Assembly (NCBI GenBank): GCA_026770705.1
Contig: JANJGN010000042.1
Span: 4,092,001-4,156,000 of the forward strand
Direction: 5' to 3'
Length of the DNA: 64,000 nucleotides
DNA from: Isurus oxyrinchus
Taxonomy: Eukaryota
Below, piece after piece: positions 52,140-64,000 of the stretch. The notes under the pieces are model-generated. The model was given only the letters and a program-made list of their open reading frames with translations. It did no database searches and was not told the DNA's origin. A program made the position numbers and the translations under genes. Position 1 is the stretch's first letter. Each line of letters opens with the position of its first letter.

Positions 52140-52360
52140 TGTGGATCAGTGGTGGCACTCTGGCCTCAGAATCAGAAAATGTTATTTTAAGTCCTAGTCC
52201 AGAGATTGCGTTTTTAATGTAGACTGGCATTTCGGTGTAGAACTGTGGGAGCTTTCGAATGTATTGTACTGTAGCCCCGTTTGCTTCCTCTGTTACACAT
52301 AAATGATGGCATATTTCAAGAAGGGCATTGCAGGTCTCCCAGTGCCCTGAATTAATACTT
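52140..52360 (+). mobile_element. tRNA-derived SINE
   Basis: GTGGATCAGTGGTGGCACTCTGGCCTCAGAATCAGAA head; related to 2430-2600. Confidence 0.5.
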
Positions 52361-53109
52361 CATGCCGGCAGAGCAGCAGACTCCGTCTGAACATGACTTT
52401 AATGGTGGAATGTGTTGTCAACATTGGGAAGGGACAAAGATGAAGAAACTACAACCATTTGCATGCGTTTATTCGGACAGCAGGCACGTTCTGTTGAAGA
52501 GTCATGCGGTCTCGAAACAATAACTGTGTTCCTCCTAGCAGGTGCTGTCAGAAAAGCTGAGGTTTTTAGATGTATTTTCATTTTTGATTTCATTTAATAC
52601 AAATGTGGCTCATCCCACCATTTGACAGCGAACACACGGTCTGCAGATTCAACATCAATATCTATTGTATAAAATGGCAAACTGCATTTGATATTCACAA
52701 GTCTATAACTTGGTACTCCGCGGTATATCTGTGTGTGCAGGAATGGACAGTGTTAAAGTCACACGGATTCTGCTCAATAACAGAACAGTTGTGGTGTATC
52801 AGTTGTGGGCTACAACATTCAGTTGTGACAGTGAAAACTTCACATTACATATTGAAGAATTTCGATGGGAGGAATGGAGATAGGAATGCTGGAATGGAAG
52901 AACGAAATCAGGAAGGGGAGAGGAAGGATGAAGTTAGGAAGGTGAGTAGGATGGAAGGGAGGAAACTATAGATCTGCCTGATCTGTTGGTGAACATCTAT
53001 TCTCAACCAATATAATAAAAAGGGGTGATATCGTCAGGATCATATTGCTGCTTTTTGGGAGCTTGCTGGGCTAAAGTTTCCTGACGTGCTTCCTAAATTT
53101 ATTTTATTT

Positions 53110-53470
53110 GTTTCATAGGATGTCGGCATCGCTGGCAAGACCTGCATAAGCTGTCCATTCCTAAATGTCACTGAGCTGAATGGCTTGTTAGGGTGTTTCA
53201 TCAAAGGGCAGTCATCAATCAATCTGGAGTCACATAGAGGCCAGACCAGGTAAGGGCGACAGATTTCCTTCCCTGAAAGATATGAGTGAACCACATGGGT
53301 TTTGTGACAATCACTGATAATTCACAGACACCATCATTGAAATGAATTCTCGATTCAGATTTTGTTAAGTTAATTTTACCAGCTTTCCGTGGTGGATTTT
53401 GAATATGCATCTTCCAAAGATGAGCCTGAATCTCTGAATAATTACTCTAGTGACATTGCGAATAAGCCAT
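53110..53470 (-). mobile_element. SINE / LINE-tail repeat
   Basis: ctggagtcacatagaggccagaccaggtaagggcgacagatttccttccctgaaaga; same family as 14190 and 25950. Confidence 0.6.
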
Positions 53471-54626
53471 TGTCTGTTCTCTAAGAGGTGATGTTGCACG
53501 GCGTAACTTTACACGTAAAGTACGTAAAGAGCAGCTTTGGTTTCATGTTTTGCAGGAAAACATTCCCCACCCCCTTGTCTGTTCCGATCCTAATTCATGT
53601 CCTTTATTTAAAAAAAAAATTCTATAATCAGTTCCCCAGAAATGTACTTGGAGAGTGAACATGTGGTGTCACCAGTGTTTTCAAATGTTGACTCATTTTC
53701 TATGAATATTTTGTCTCATAGAATTGCCCTACTTTCCAGTCAGCCTTTTTCTTCTGTCACCACTCAGTTGGAGATAAGGAGCCGCCGTTAGAGCCGGAAA
53801 TGCACCTGTCTCGTTCTGTCCCACCTTGTACCGCAACTGTCACTCCCAGGTTACAGCAGCAGCGAGAAGCGTCACCTCACGAGGTGGTTTTAACATAACC
53901 TCAACAGTTAAAAATGCCCACGTGTGTTTTACGTCTCATGGAAGCTTTGCTGTGGCAAAAGCGCTTTCATTAGAATTTCATTGCCTATGCAAATTATTGC
54001 ACTTGTTAATGTCACAGAAGGAAGTAAAATACAAAGTATCGTTTTGATAAGCAGTTGGTAACAAATAATGTAACAGAATTGTCCAAAGGGGAAACCTTTT
54101 ATTTATATGCCCCTTGTTTATTTTTTGTGAAATCCAGGCAGGACTCTAATATCCTGGTGCCTCTAATTGAACTCAAGCAAAAAAACAAAGGTTCAATATT
54201 TACAAAATATTCCCTGCAAGTTAATGACTTCTGCCACGTTCTGTGACACGCTACATTATATACAATACGTTGGTGAACTTCAATGTACTTGGTGAAATTC
54301 AATCGTAATTTCCAGCTGTTAGTCATTGCAACAAGTTCACACTTGCGTCGAGAGTGAATAATCTAAATTTGATGCTGTAAAAATATATTGCTTCCTTCCC
54401 TCTGAATAAACTCGTTATCCTGTTTGGATTTTTGATGCTTGCAGCTTGGTCGATTGTAACGTTTCCTTTCTCATTGCCTGGAGAATCGTAGCCCTGGTTA
54501 ACCGCAAAGATTGAACATTACGACATATCAGTGGGGACACAAGAAGGGAACAACGATCCTCAATGCGGCTAGTTTCAGAGGTCAATTTGTGCCATTTTCT
54601 CTAGGTTACTATGTTAATACACGTTA

Positions 54627-54684
54627 ATGAAAGCGGCAGTGCGCTTACTCCTTTTCGGTGCCGTGTTTGGAGCACTTATCACGG
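54627..54684 (+). pseudogene. Leader exon of V segment 2 (MKAAVRLLLFGAVFGALIT)
   Basis: ATG at 54627, hydrophobic signal peptide, consensus donor G|gtaagt, 85-nt intron. Confidence 0.85.
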
Positions 54685-54769
54685 GTAAGTATTATTGGAA
54701 GTATTTTTGAACCAAACGTAACAGCACTTTAAAAATGGGTTAGCTTTTGATTTTATTTTCCTTTTAAAG

Positions 54770-55080
54770 CTGGCCTGACTCAGGAAATCTCTGTGACACA
54801 ACACCTCCTGACAGTGGTTTGGACAAAAGGAGGCATTACAACTTCAGAATGCTTCTATTTCAGTACCAAGGGTTCCTTCAGCTTATTCTGGGACCTGCAA
54901 TACCCGGGCAAATAATTACAAATTCTACTTCGCAAGATTTCGGCTGGTTACCAAATGAGAGCACATTCTGCTCGAAGCCTTTTCTCGTCTGTACTGGTCA
55001 CTACGAATACCATCATTATCTTAAAATTCTCCAAACTGCGGCTCTCTGACGCAGCCGATGTATTACTGCGTATTGACACT
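54770..55080 (+). pseudogene. TCR alpha/delta-like V pseudogene
   Basis: Acceptor ttttaaag|CT. QEISVTQ...TTSEC FYFSTKGSFSLFW DLQYPGK*LQILL...LKFSKLRLSDAA, then a +1 frameshift into MYYCVLT. One stop and one frameshift. Confidence 0.88.
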
Positions 55081-55119
55081 CACAGCGATTGGAACCAGCC
55101 CGACAATCGTACAATAACT
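55081..55119 (+). other. 23-bp-spacer recombination signal sequence
   Basis: CACAGCG (55081-55087) + 23 nt + ACAATAACT (55111-55119). Confidence 0.85.
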
Positions 55120-57204
55120 TGATGGGCCCATGTGACTTGGAGGTAAGCTCTCATTGCGACTGTGGAACCTGGTAGTGAGAAGAACAGCATTCGCTATACG
55201 GTGTACTGTCAGGGTCACAGGACAAATATAATATAGTGGTTCAGGTAAATATTTGCAAACGGTACCAAAGCCTCAAATGTACCAATATGGCTCATAGAGT
55301 AGAATGAGTTAGATTTAATTTCCCAGTTATCGATCCAAACATGAAAGTCATATTTCTCTGGTGCATCTCTAGTGAAATGGTAAAGAAAGACTTCAGCAAG
55401 GACTGGATTTACATTATAGTGATTTTTTAAAAAACTTTGTCAATGACGTGAGTTTCAGTTAGTAGCGTACAGTTTCATAGAAAGCATTTCCAAGCGGTTA
55501 AGGTAGATCAGTTCAATCAAGGGCAGATTTCCTTGCTTGGGAGGTCACTTTGCTTACTATAGATATGTCAGGAATGAGCTAGTCTTCATCTCTCTTGGTT
55601 ATGTGGTAACCTTCAGCTCCATACGGTATACCCTCAGAAAATGCCTCTATCGAGGCAGGTGACATAAGAAATGCGGGGAGTCCCTGTTGGGCGCTGTAAT
55701 TGTCTTCCGTTGAATGATTAGATTGGCAGTTCAGCCAAAGGCAAAGTCTTTTGAGTGATCCTTGCTAAAGCTGATTTTCTTTCGCAGCTAAATCGGGAGA
55801 AGTAATGTGCTGGAACACGTAACATGTAATAAGAGAGAAAGTAACGTTCAAAGAGTTGATATTAGGGCAGGTACGAATCAGCCATTCCTGTTCAACCAGG
55901 GAGCTGTAATAGGAATTCGCCAGAAACTTGTGTTGCCCGAAACGCTCTATTAAATGTAAAGGATGAATAAAATCCTTCTGCAATTTCAAACTTTCAAAGC
56001 GTCGAAACTACACCTGAGCTCAGAAAAGAAAATGTCATTGCCAAACCGATGACTAATTTCACAGCTATTCTAAAATTCACACCGTTAACATTGTTAATGT
56101 TGCGTTTTTGCTCATCAAAACATCAGAAACAACTGGAGACGGATTTCACCCGAATTTAATGATACATCACAAACAATGGCAATAATATTGAAACCCATAA
56201 ATTTAAAATGCATTATGTTAAAACGTCATGACATATGTTTTCATACTTAGTTTGTTTATCCTATATCTGCCTTCATAGATATTACATTTTAAACCTGCAT
56301 AAAATGTTTGAAAATCTATATGAGAAATTGTTATCAATAGTATTTTTCTATGCGTGGGTAATGACCACGAATGCGAGTATATGGGCTTGAACTTACTAAA
56401 TTGTCAGATAACTTATAATTTGAACATTAAGGGAGACCATTCACTAAAATTACAACACATTGATAAAAGGAAATGTTTGCCATATTTGTCACATGTCTCA
56501 CAAAGGCATCAGGATGAAACACATACCACATATCACCATCCCTGTTCTATTCTAGACGACGAAAACGAGCAGAGAACGTTAGAATTAATATTTATCTATC
56601 CTATTCATATGGATAAAATAGATAAGATACAGAAGCAAGATGACGTTATTTTGAAACTCCAGGCTCCTTTGTCATTCGCTAGAATCATGACTAAAATTAT
56701 TGACTGAAATTCATGGCAACATTTATTTGATTCTCTTTGATTTATCGATTTCTCTCTTGACTACACCTACAGTCCAATTGCGGTCGAAATTTCCAATGAT
56801 TCACAATTCTCCGAGTTTGAACATTTATTGCCACCTCAGCTCTAAATGGCCGATCTCTTACTTAGCACGTAATATATTAATTACACCAAAAACACTAAAT
56901 CTGGACTAGCACCCAGTATTTGACAAGGGCTTAGAGGAAAATCATTCTTCTTGTACGTATTCCTCTATTAGGAAATCTATGGTCCTGAGAAACTATCTCT
57001 GTTCATCCTGTGACCTACAAATTTTGGTTTCATTTAATCCCAGGAGCTCTTGCCCCCGATAAAATCACGCATTTAATCCATATTACCTTTCCTCACTATA
57101 CCTACCAAAATGGATAATTTAATACTTCTCCGAGATATGTGTGACCTGTTACGTGTCTGTCTATATCGCCAGAATGTATCAATTATTTTCCACATCATTA
57201 GTGG

Positions 57205-57595
57205 ATTGCATAGCTTCATTGTTTTATCTCTGCCTTTTAGCCTATTTCGATCCCTTCCCTTTACCCCACTCCACCCCCACTAGGGATATCTGTACCTTGC
57301 TTGTCATGCTTTCTACCCTTAATTAGAACATTCCTTAGATATATCACCACCTTCAACCCATCTTTGTCCTTTTGTCTGTGACATCATTTGGTTATCTCCA
57401 ACTATCACTGGCCCTCTATCCAGCTCTACCTGTTCCCCATCCCCCGACACCCCACTTAATCCAGCTTATATTTCACCTCTCTTCTATTTTTACTTAGTTC
57501 TGTTGAAGAGTCATATGGACTCGAAACGTTAACTATGTTCCTCTCCGCAGATGCTGCCATACCTGCTGAGTTTTTCCAGGTATTTTTTATTTGTG
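57205..57595 (+). mobile_element. Penelope-derived 3' repeat ending in a hammerhead-like motif
   Basis: Pyrimidine-rich body, then TAGTT CTGTTGA A GAGTC ATATG GACTC GAAAC GTT AACTA (57495-57535) and the family tail cagatgctgcc..acctgctgagtttttccagg. Confidence 0.7.
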
Positions 57596-58954
57596 TTACC
57601 TAAATCTGTATTCCTCCTTTCCCTTGCAGTAAGCAACAACAATCCATTTGCCATCCACATCAATTGTTGCATCTGGATTCCAGCTTTCCTTTTGTTATTC
57701 ATGTAGCAGAACACAAAGCTCCCTCTGTACAGAAGAATTCTGCAATATCATTCAATTTAAATATAATAGTGTTTTTTGTTCTCCACTATCCTGCCAACGT
57801 GGACACCGCAACAGTTCCATGTGCCCTAAATTCCCACTTAATTAACAGTCCCTATGTATCCTCACTGACCATTCGTTCATCAGTTCCCATGTTTCTGAAA
57901 TTTAATTTCATGATTGCTCCAAATGTATCCTTCCTGACCAATGCATTAAGAGCCCCATAGGTCTGGGCTGCCGATTCTTTATTAGTCGTCATATATTCTT
58001 GCTGACCACGCCATTGTTAGTCCTGGATTTCTGAGTGAACCCGTTATTATCAGTCTCCATATCTCGGATTTTACCTTGGGATTCTTCGTCTCCATGTAAC
58101 CTTACTGCCAATTCAATCATCATACAAGTATCCTGACGGACCATAGAATTTTCTGTCATCACATACCCTTATTGAAAGTTCAATAGTCTATATTCTTGCA
58201 TTCACAGAAAACATTTTATTTGTGCTCCCCATCTATTCTACTGAGCATTTAATTCTCAGTCCCAAAGTTTCCTTCAAGACCATTGTATTAACGTTTCCCA
58301 TGCATCATTCCAGGCCATTCGATTGCTTTGCCCCATGTATCCATCCTGATCATTCAATTTTTAACATGCACATTTGATCACTAACTTGCTTTATGAATCA
58401 CCTGCTTAATTACAGGTCACTTCATTGACAGTTCCCATGTTCCCTTACAGACCATTGCATTTTCAAACCTCACGTTATTATTTGCCCCTTTGTGTCCTTA
58501 ATAATTTACGTATTTGCAGTCCCCGTTTATCCATACTAGACATGTATTATCAATTCCCGTTTGTCCTTATTAACCACAACTTGATCTGCCTCTTTCAACT
58601 CTGTGAAGTTGTTAAGCTAACACATAAGCTAATTTACATCAGATTATTATTTGTTTACTGCATAATCCACGTGCTCTGTTTAAGATGCTTGAGACATGTA
58701 ATATTTGATCTTTCGCTGATTCTGTCTTGTATTTCAATAAACATTTTCAGTTTCTCATGACCTGCTTCAACTAGCAGTCTCTGAAGTCTTGAACAAATCC
58801 ATTCATATTTCAGGTCCCTTCAGTTTGCTTTCCTTCCACCATCTCCTGCTCTTTCATGTCATGACTGATTCTGGATTGACAGTGTAGATGAAAACCTGTA
58901 ACACATGTTCTCGTAAAATGTTTATTCGACTGATAGCTGGGACGGGGTGTGAGG

Positions 58955-59410
58955 CTTATTTTATGAGGACAGTTTGGTAAGGCCTGGGACTGTAACCATT
59001 GGAGTTTAGAATATAGAGAGATGAGCTTAGTGAAACATATATGACCCTGAAGGGACTTGACAGGGTGGATGCTGAAATTGTGATTCCCTCTGTGGGAGGG
59101 ACCAGAACTAGGAGAGAGAGTTTAAGAGGGAGATGAGAAGATTTGTTTCCCCTTTTTTTCTCTCGGGGGGCGCTGAATGTTTGAAATTCGTTTCTGTGGA
59201 GAGCGGTTGAAGCAGCATCATTCAATGTTTTTAAGGTAGAGAGAGATGCATTCTTGACTAACCAGCGATTCAAAGGTTCTCAGGTGGAGGAGAGAGGTAC
59301 ACAGAATGCGGAGTTGAGGCCACACTCACATCAGCTGTGACATTATTTAAAGATAGACCAAACCAGAGATGCTGAAGGGGCTACTTGTGCCCCTAATTCA
59401 TATGTACGTA
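58955..59410 (+). mobile_element. CR1 LINE 3' end
   Basis: GL*PLEFRI*RDELSETYMTLKGLDRVDAE remnant and CR1-like 3' UTR. Confidence 0.75.
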
Positions 59411-61544
59411 TTTCCCAAATGAAATTATTTATTTGCACTGTTCAACCACAGTTCAGGAGATATTGATGAGGTGAACACAGGCTAATCAGCATCTCGAAAC
59501 TGTTCAAGCTGGTTTAAAAAGGAATACGTTTCTTTAAGTCGTGTTTATCCCATTAACCAACCAGCCATTTGACAGTTTTGAATCATTTGTCAGAAACAAT
59601 TGCGGAGCAGCAATCTAAAATGGCTGCCTCTGCATTTCGACACTGTAATATTGCCCCGAATAATAAGAAAAGCACTGTCTTTCTTTCAATATTTCCTGAA
59701 TAACTTGAATCCTGGGACATGAAGCATTGAGCCCTCCTACTCTTTGAGCTCGATTTTAACTATTGACACCAGATAATGTTCTCACTTGACTATATGTGTC
59801 CCCAACCTGCTTAATGACCCATTGTACATGTGTAAATATGAACGACAAAGTAAAGTTAGAGATGGTGGGGTTCTCTAAAATCCACAAAACGCTATGCTGT
59901 TTCTAATTCTAGCGGGTTAAAAAAAACATGGCGGATCTGGAAACATGCATATTGAAAGCACCAGGGCTAATGTTCCAAGTCCAATGGTTCTACTTTGGAA
60001 CTTCATTTCCCATGGTGCAAAAGGGGAGTCATTCAACTCCCAACGTTTATTCAGATTTCTTTCTCCACAGTTCTTCTCAGACATGCGCAGTTTTTATTTC
60101 CTGCAATTTCTGTTTATATTTCAGATTTTCAGCACCCCGGTATGTTGCTTCCATCTAACTGTCTCCCCCTTCCTGCCTTCACCTTGATTTATATTTTCTA
60201 CTTAATCTAACACGTTGCTCCCCACCCTGTGTCGCATTAGGTTACTCCATAATAGTTATCCTTCCTGCAAAGACAGCGTTCGGCCTTCTGAGTTGTAACC
60301 CATAAACCTTGAGCCCTATCCTCCTGCTCTTCAGCTGATCCGAATGTCTCAGGAACCTCGAGCCCTCCCTGCTGCATCATGCCTGCAACCGTGTATTAAT
60401 CTGCCTTCTACGCCTATTTTTACTCTCGTTATTGTGTTGCATTAGGAGTACTTGAGGAATTATTCATTTTGAATTGTAACCGCCTCAGTTCCTTATACTC
60501 CGACTGAATGGTCTCTGTCATATTTCTCTTTATGTAATTGGTTCTGATATGAACAGCACATTCTTCCCCGACACACAGAGCGTTCTGCACCTTCTCCATA
60601 ATGCCCCTTAAACAGGCATCAGGAAGGAAATATACCACAGATGTCACACGTAGATAGTAGTGAATTGCACTCCTGCATCCTGCATTCTGAGTCCCCAAAT
60701 ACTACTATGGCCTCACAATTTACAGTATGGAAGGATTCCCCTGGTTCCTGTACCGTCCTTGATTCGCGTTGTCAGTTTCAGAAAACAATTTTTTTCTGCA
60801 TCTTGTCATCCTGATAGAATACATGCACAAAGCATCCTCTGATATATTCATTCCTTTCACCACAGCCACACCACATATCCACAGCTCCATTTCCCCATTG
60901 CTTCCCCAGGCTGCCAAATAATCACTCTAGCTTATTCACTCTTTATTCTTGGAGCTTCCTGTGGGCTGACTGCTCTACGTTTTTTTATTCAATTCATTCA
61001 TTCATGTTCCTGCTGCTAACCCCTTCACATCTTGCATATTCTAGCCCTTCCTGAAAGACATATTAACGAATAAATATGTCTCTGATATTCCATCCAGGTA
61101 GCCAACTATCTTAAAATTTGAAACATTTCCCGTTCGTTGGGATTTACAACCCTCTCCAAATATCTGTATCAACAGTCAACACGTGCAAATTTAATAGGGT
61201 CACAAGTTAATGAGCAGGGCTGTGAATTCTGAGCTGTTTATATAAGTGAAGAAATTACTGAGGTGCTTTCCATAATCGTTCAGTCCTCCTCAGATAAGGG
61301 GAAGGTGGGAGATTTGGAGAATTGTGAAATTCACGCTCTTGTTCAAAGGGACGCTGTGTGTACAATTTAAGGAAACTCAAGACAATTTGATACTCAATGT
61401 TGGTTGGAAATACATAGCAAACGTTGAACTGGAAAAATTAGGAAAGAAAAGATTAAATGACTTAAACCTGGCGGAATCTTTGAATTCAAATCGTCTTTAA
61501 TGTCACAATTGAAATAGGGACCAGAAGCTTTCAACAGCGGATGA

Positions 61545-61915
61545 TAGCGGTGAACTGGTAATGCCACTTGACTAGTAACCTAGAAGCCAACGCTAATGCA
61601 CTGGGGACACGTGTCCATTTCCCACTATTGTAGCTAGTGAAATAAATTCATACATCTGAGCTCTAAAACCAATCCCAGTGATGGTGATATGGAAATTACA
61701 TTTGTTGTCGTTAGAATATAAATCTGATACACTTATGCCCTTTAGGGAATGAAATTTACCATTCTAACCTGATCTGGTGCAGCCTATATGTGACTTCAGA
61801 CCCACAGCAATCTGGAAGGTTTTCAACTTTCCTCTGAAATATTCAGTTCAAGAGCAATTCTAGACGAGAAGCAAATTCTGCATGTGCCACATTTGCTTAC
61901 AGACCATGAAAGAGC
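61545..61915 (+). mobile_element. SINE / LINE-tail repeat
   Basis: ggtaatgccacttgactagtaacc...ccctttagggaatgaaatt...gtgacttcagacccacagcaat; opposite orientation to 53110. Confidence 0.55.
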
Positions 61916-64000
61916 AAAGAAATATGGAACCATGGCTACTTATTAAAACATCTGTAACAATATTGTCTGTTACCCCTACGTGTCCACTGTTTAACATAGG
62001 AAATAGAAGGCTATACAAGTGTCAACTAAGCAAACGTTGACTTGTATCTGTCTTACACCCTAACATCAACAATTAAAATGAGTTAAAAATGAATTATCAG
62101 GTAAATTGATGTCGAAATCAAGCAATAATTTCAACATTAAAAGATCAATCTGGAGTGCACTGCCTCAAGGTGTGGTAGAGCAAGATTCAATTATGAGATT
62201 GACAAGTGAATTATTAAGCTCCTGACGGGGGGAATGGGGTGGGGGGGGGGGGGGAGGGGTCTGGTGAAAGGGCAGGGCAGTGTTTTGAACTGAGATGTCC
62301 TTATAGATTGGAATAGTATATAATTTAGTTGCCTTATGAATTGCCTCAGCAGTTCACTCAGATTGTAGTGATCACTATCAGCCAGAAGGTCCATCAAGCT
62401 CTGTGTTCCTCACGAGGAATTTAAGCCCCGTCATTCTAGGAGCAATTCTGATGCGCACCCAACAGCAGAGCACAACCAAACTGTGTTTCTGGGTACAGTC
62501 TTCATCATAAAACAGACACATATGCAGAACCTTTTCAACTCAGTCTGGATGGTGCAGATCGACCAAAGCTGCCTCAAAATAACAGAAAAAAACTTGAGCA
62601 GCTAAATATTTGTTTATTCTCAGCTTTTGGATCCAGCCTCCGTCTTCCTCAGCCCTCTCAAGGCTACTGCACCAGTGGACGCATTCAGCTGCCGTTGCTC
62701 AGCTCGGACTAATCAGTGCGCTTATATATCTATAAAACAGGTCCAGTGTGACAGAAGGCTTGATTTATGAACCTCAGCTTGTTTTTCTCTTTCCTATGGA
62801 GCTGAGAAGATCAGTTTCCCTTCTATGCTCTCCTGTTCTGCTTGAACATCTGTTCGTTTTCAGTTTAGTTTCTGTTTTAGTTAGGGTTTGCCTCAAAAAA
62901 TAAGTACAACTGAAATTAAAAAAAACACACACACACTACAGTAAATTGATTGCTTTTTTTAATGAAGTAAAAGAAAAAGACTAACGAGGGTAATGCATTG
63001 GATCGTGTACATGGGCAGCAAAAAGACATTTCATGCATGGTCACATAGTAACCTTCCCGACAGAAAGGAAGCCGTTGGTATAAAATAAACAATAGATGCA
63101 TCAATTGGAGTCTGGTCAAGTGACAGGAAACAGTGAGTAACGATGAACCGCTGTTTTTTTTTCAGTTGGTAAAACAGTATGCACTTTCGATTCCCAAACA
63201 TTGGTGTTCTGTCTTCTTTTGAAAAATCTATATTGATGACCTAGTCTTGGAGTAAATGATGCAATGTCAAAATTCGTCTATGACGCATAACTTGGCGGTA
63301 TTTTCAAATAGGAGGAGGATAATGATTCACATGAAAAATGATTTAGATAGAAATGGAAAGGGCGGATCCCTGGCAGGCCAATGGATACGATTTTTAATTC
63401 TAAAGGGAGTTTAGGATGGGTAGGAGCTGGGGATATATGAAGATGCTAGGGTGGGTAGAACAAGTCGTCTAGATAAAATACTTTACTTATACTCTGCTTT
63501 GAGAATAGAGGGACAGACTGAAACAACACTGAAACTGGAGAGCGACTGAGTGCGGAACTGAATTCAACCAAAGTCATCAACTTCAGGGGAGCAGCGAGAG
63601 AGGGCAGAACGTTTGTCTAGAAATTAATGCAGCCAACTTCAAACATTTCAGGGGAAGAAGAAGTGGGAGAATATCAATGTAGAAGAAAACACAGCAAGGA
63701 TAAGCAACTTCAGGAAAAAGAGAGAAGGATAGATTGACATTGGGAATATAAACAGCAAGAATCAAAAATAGCAGGAGATTAACGGGAGATGTAACTGTGC
63801 ATGACAAATTTAAAACAGCCAGAGCAGCATAGTCAGGATTGAAGAGAGCAAGGACGCATTGAGATGTAAACTGCACTAGGCCGAGGTCAGCCACGTCGGT
63901 GCAGCAAAGAGAGAATGGACAGAGAGGGACACAGAGAGATGGATAAATAAGTTTAGAACAGGTCCCAGCAGGAGTCAACGCCTTGAAGGCAGACCATAAA

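Noticed and set aside
62190-62760. Minus-strand TATA-like element followed by short ORFs (LSELLRQFIRQL)
   Set aside because: Stops in all frames and no family I can recognise.
63583-63978. 131-aa hydrophobic minus-strand ORF
   Set aside because: Hydrophobicity reflects the purine-rich opposite strand of a probable decayed LINE; no GPCR or Ig motifs.

Overview
Vertebrate genomic DNA, almost certainly from a cartilaginous fish (shark): spliced genes, dense decayed CR1/L2-type LINEs, tRNA-derived SINEs, and Penelope-derived repeats carrying hammerhead motifs. Two gene systems are interleaved. (1) A cluster of two-exon, class A orphan GPCRs of the GPR139/GPR142-like type: two intact genes (3284-3215 + 1951-1041, minus; 44314-44218 + 38956-38055, minus), one gene broken by a single TGG>TAG change (18701-18770 + 20161-21068, plus), and two decayed copies inside a ~1.9 kb tandem duplication. 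(2) Antigen-receptor relics: an orphan IgH (IgM-like) TM1/TM2 exon pair at 32861-33265 and two TCR alpha/delta-like V segments with 23-bp-spacer RSSs at 51.5-52.1 kb and 54.6-55.1 kb, all apparently defective. The most interesting signal is a proximal promoter grammar shared, in part, by the three receptor genes that retain exon 1 (homeodomain TAATTA, then TAATTG and/or an O/E (EBF)-like site, then TATA). It resembles olfactory receptor promoters and suggests, as an untested inference, that these receptors are a chemosensory family. Repeat boundaries are read by eye and approximate.
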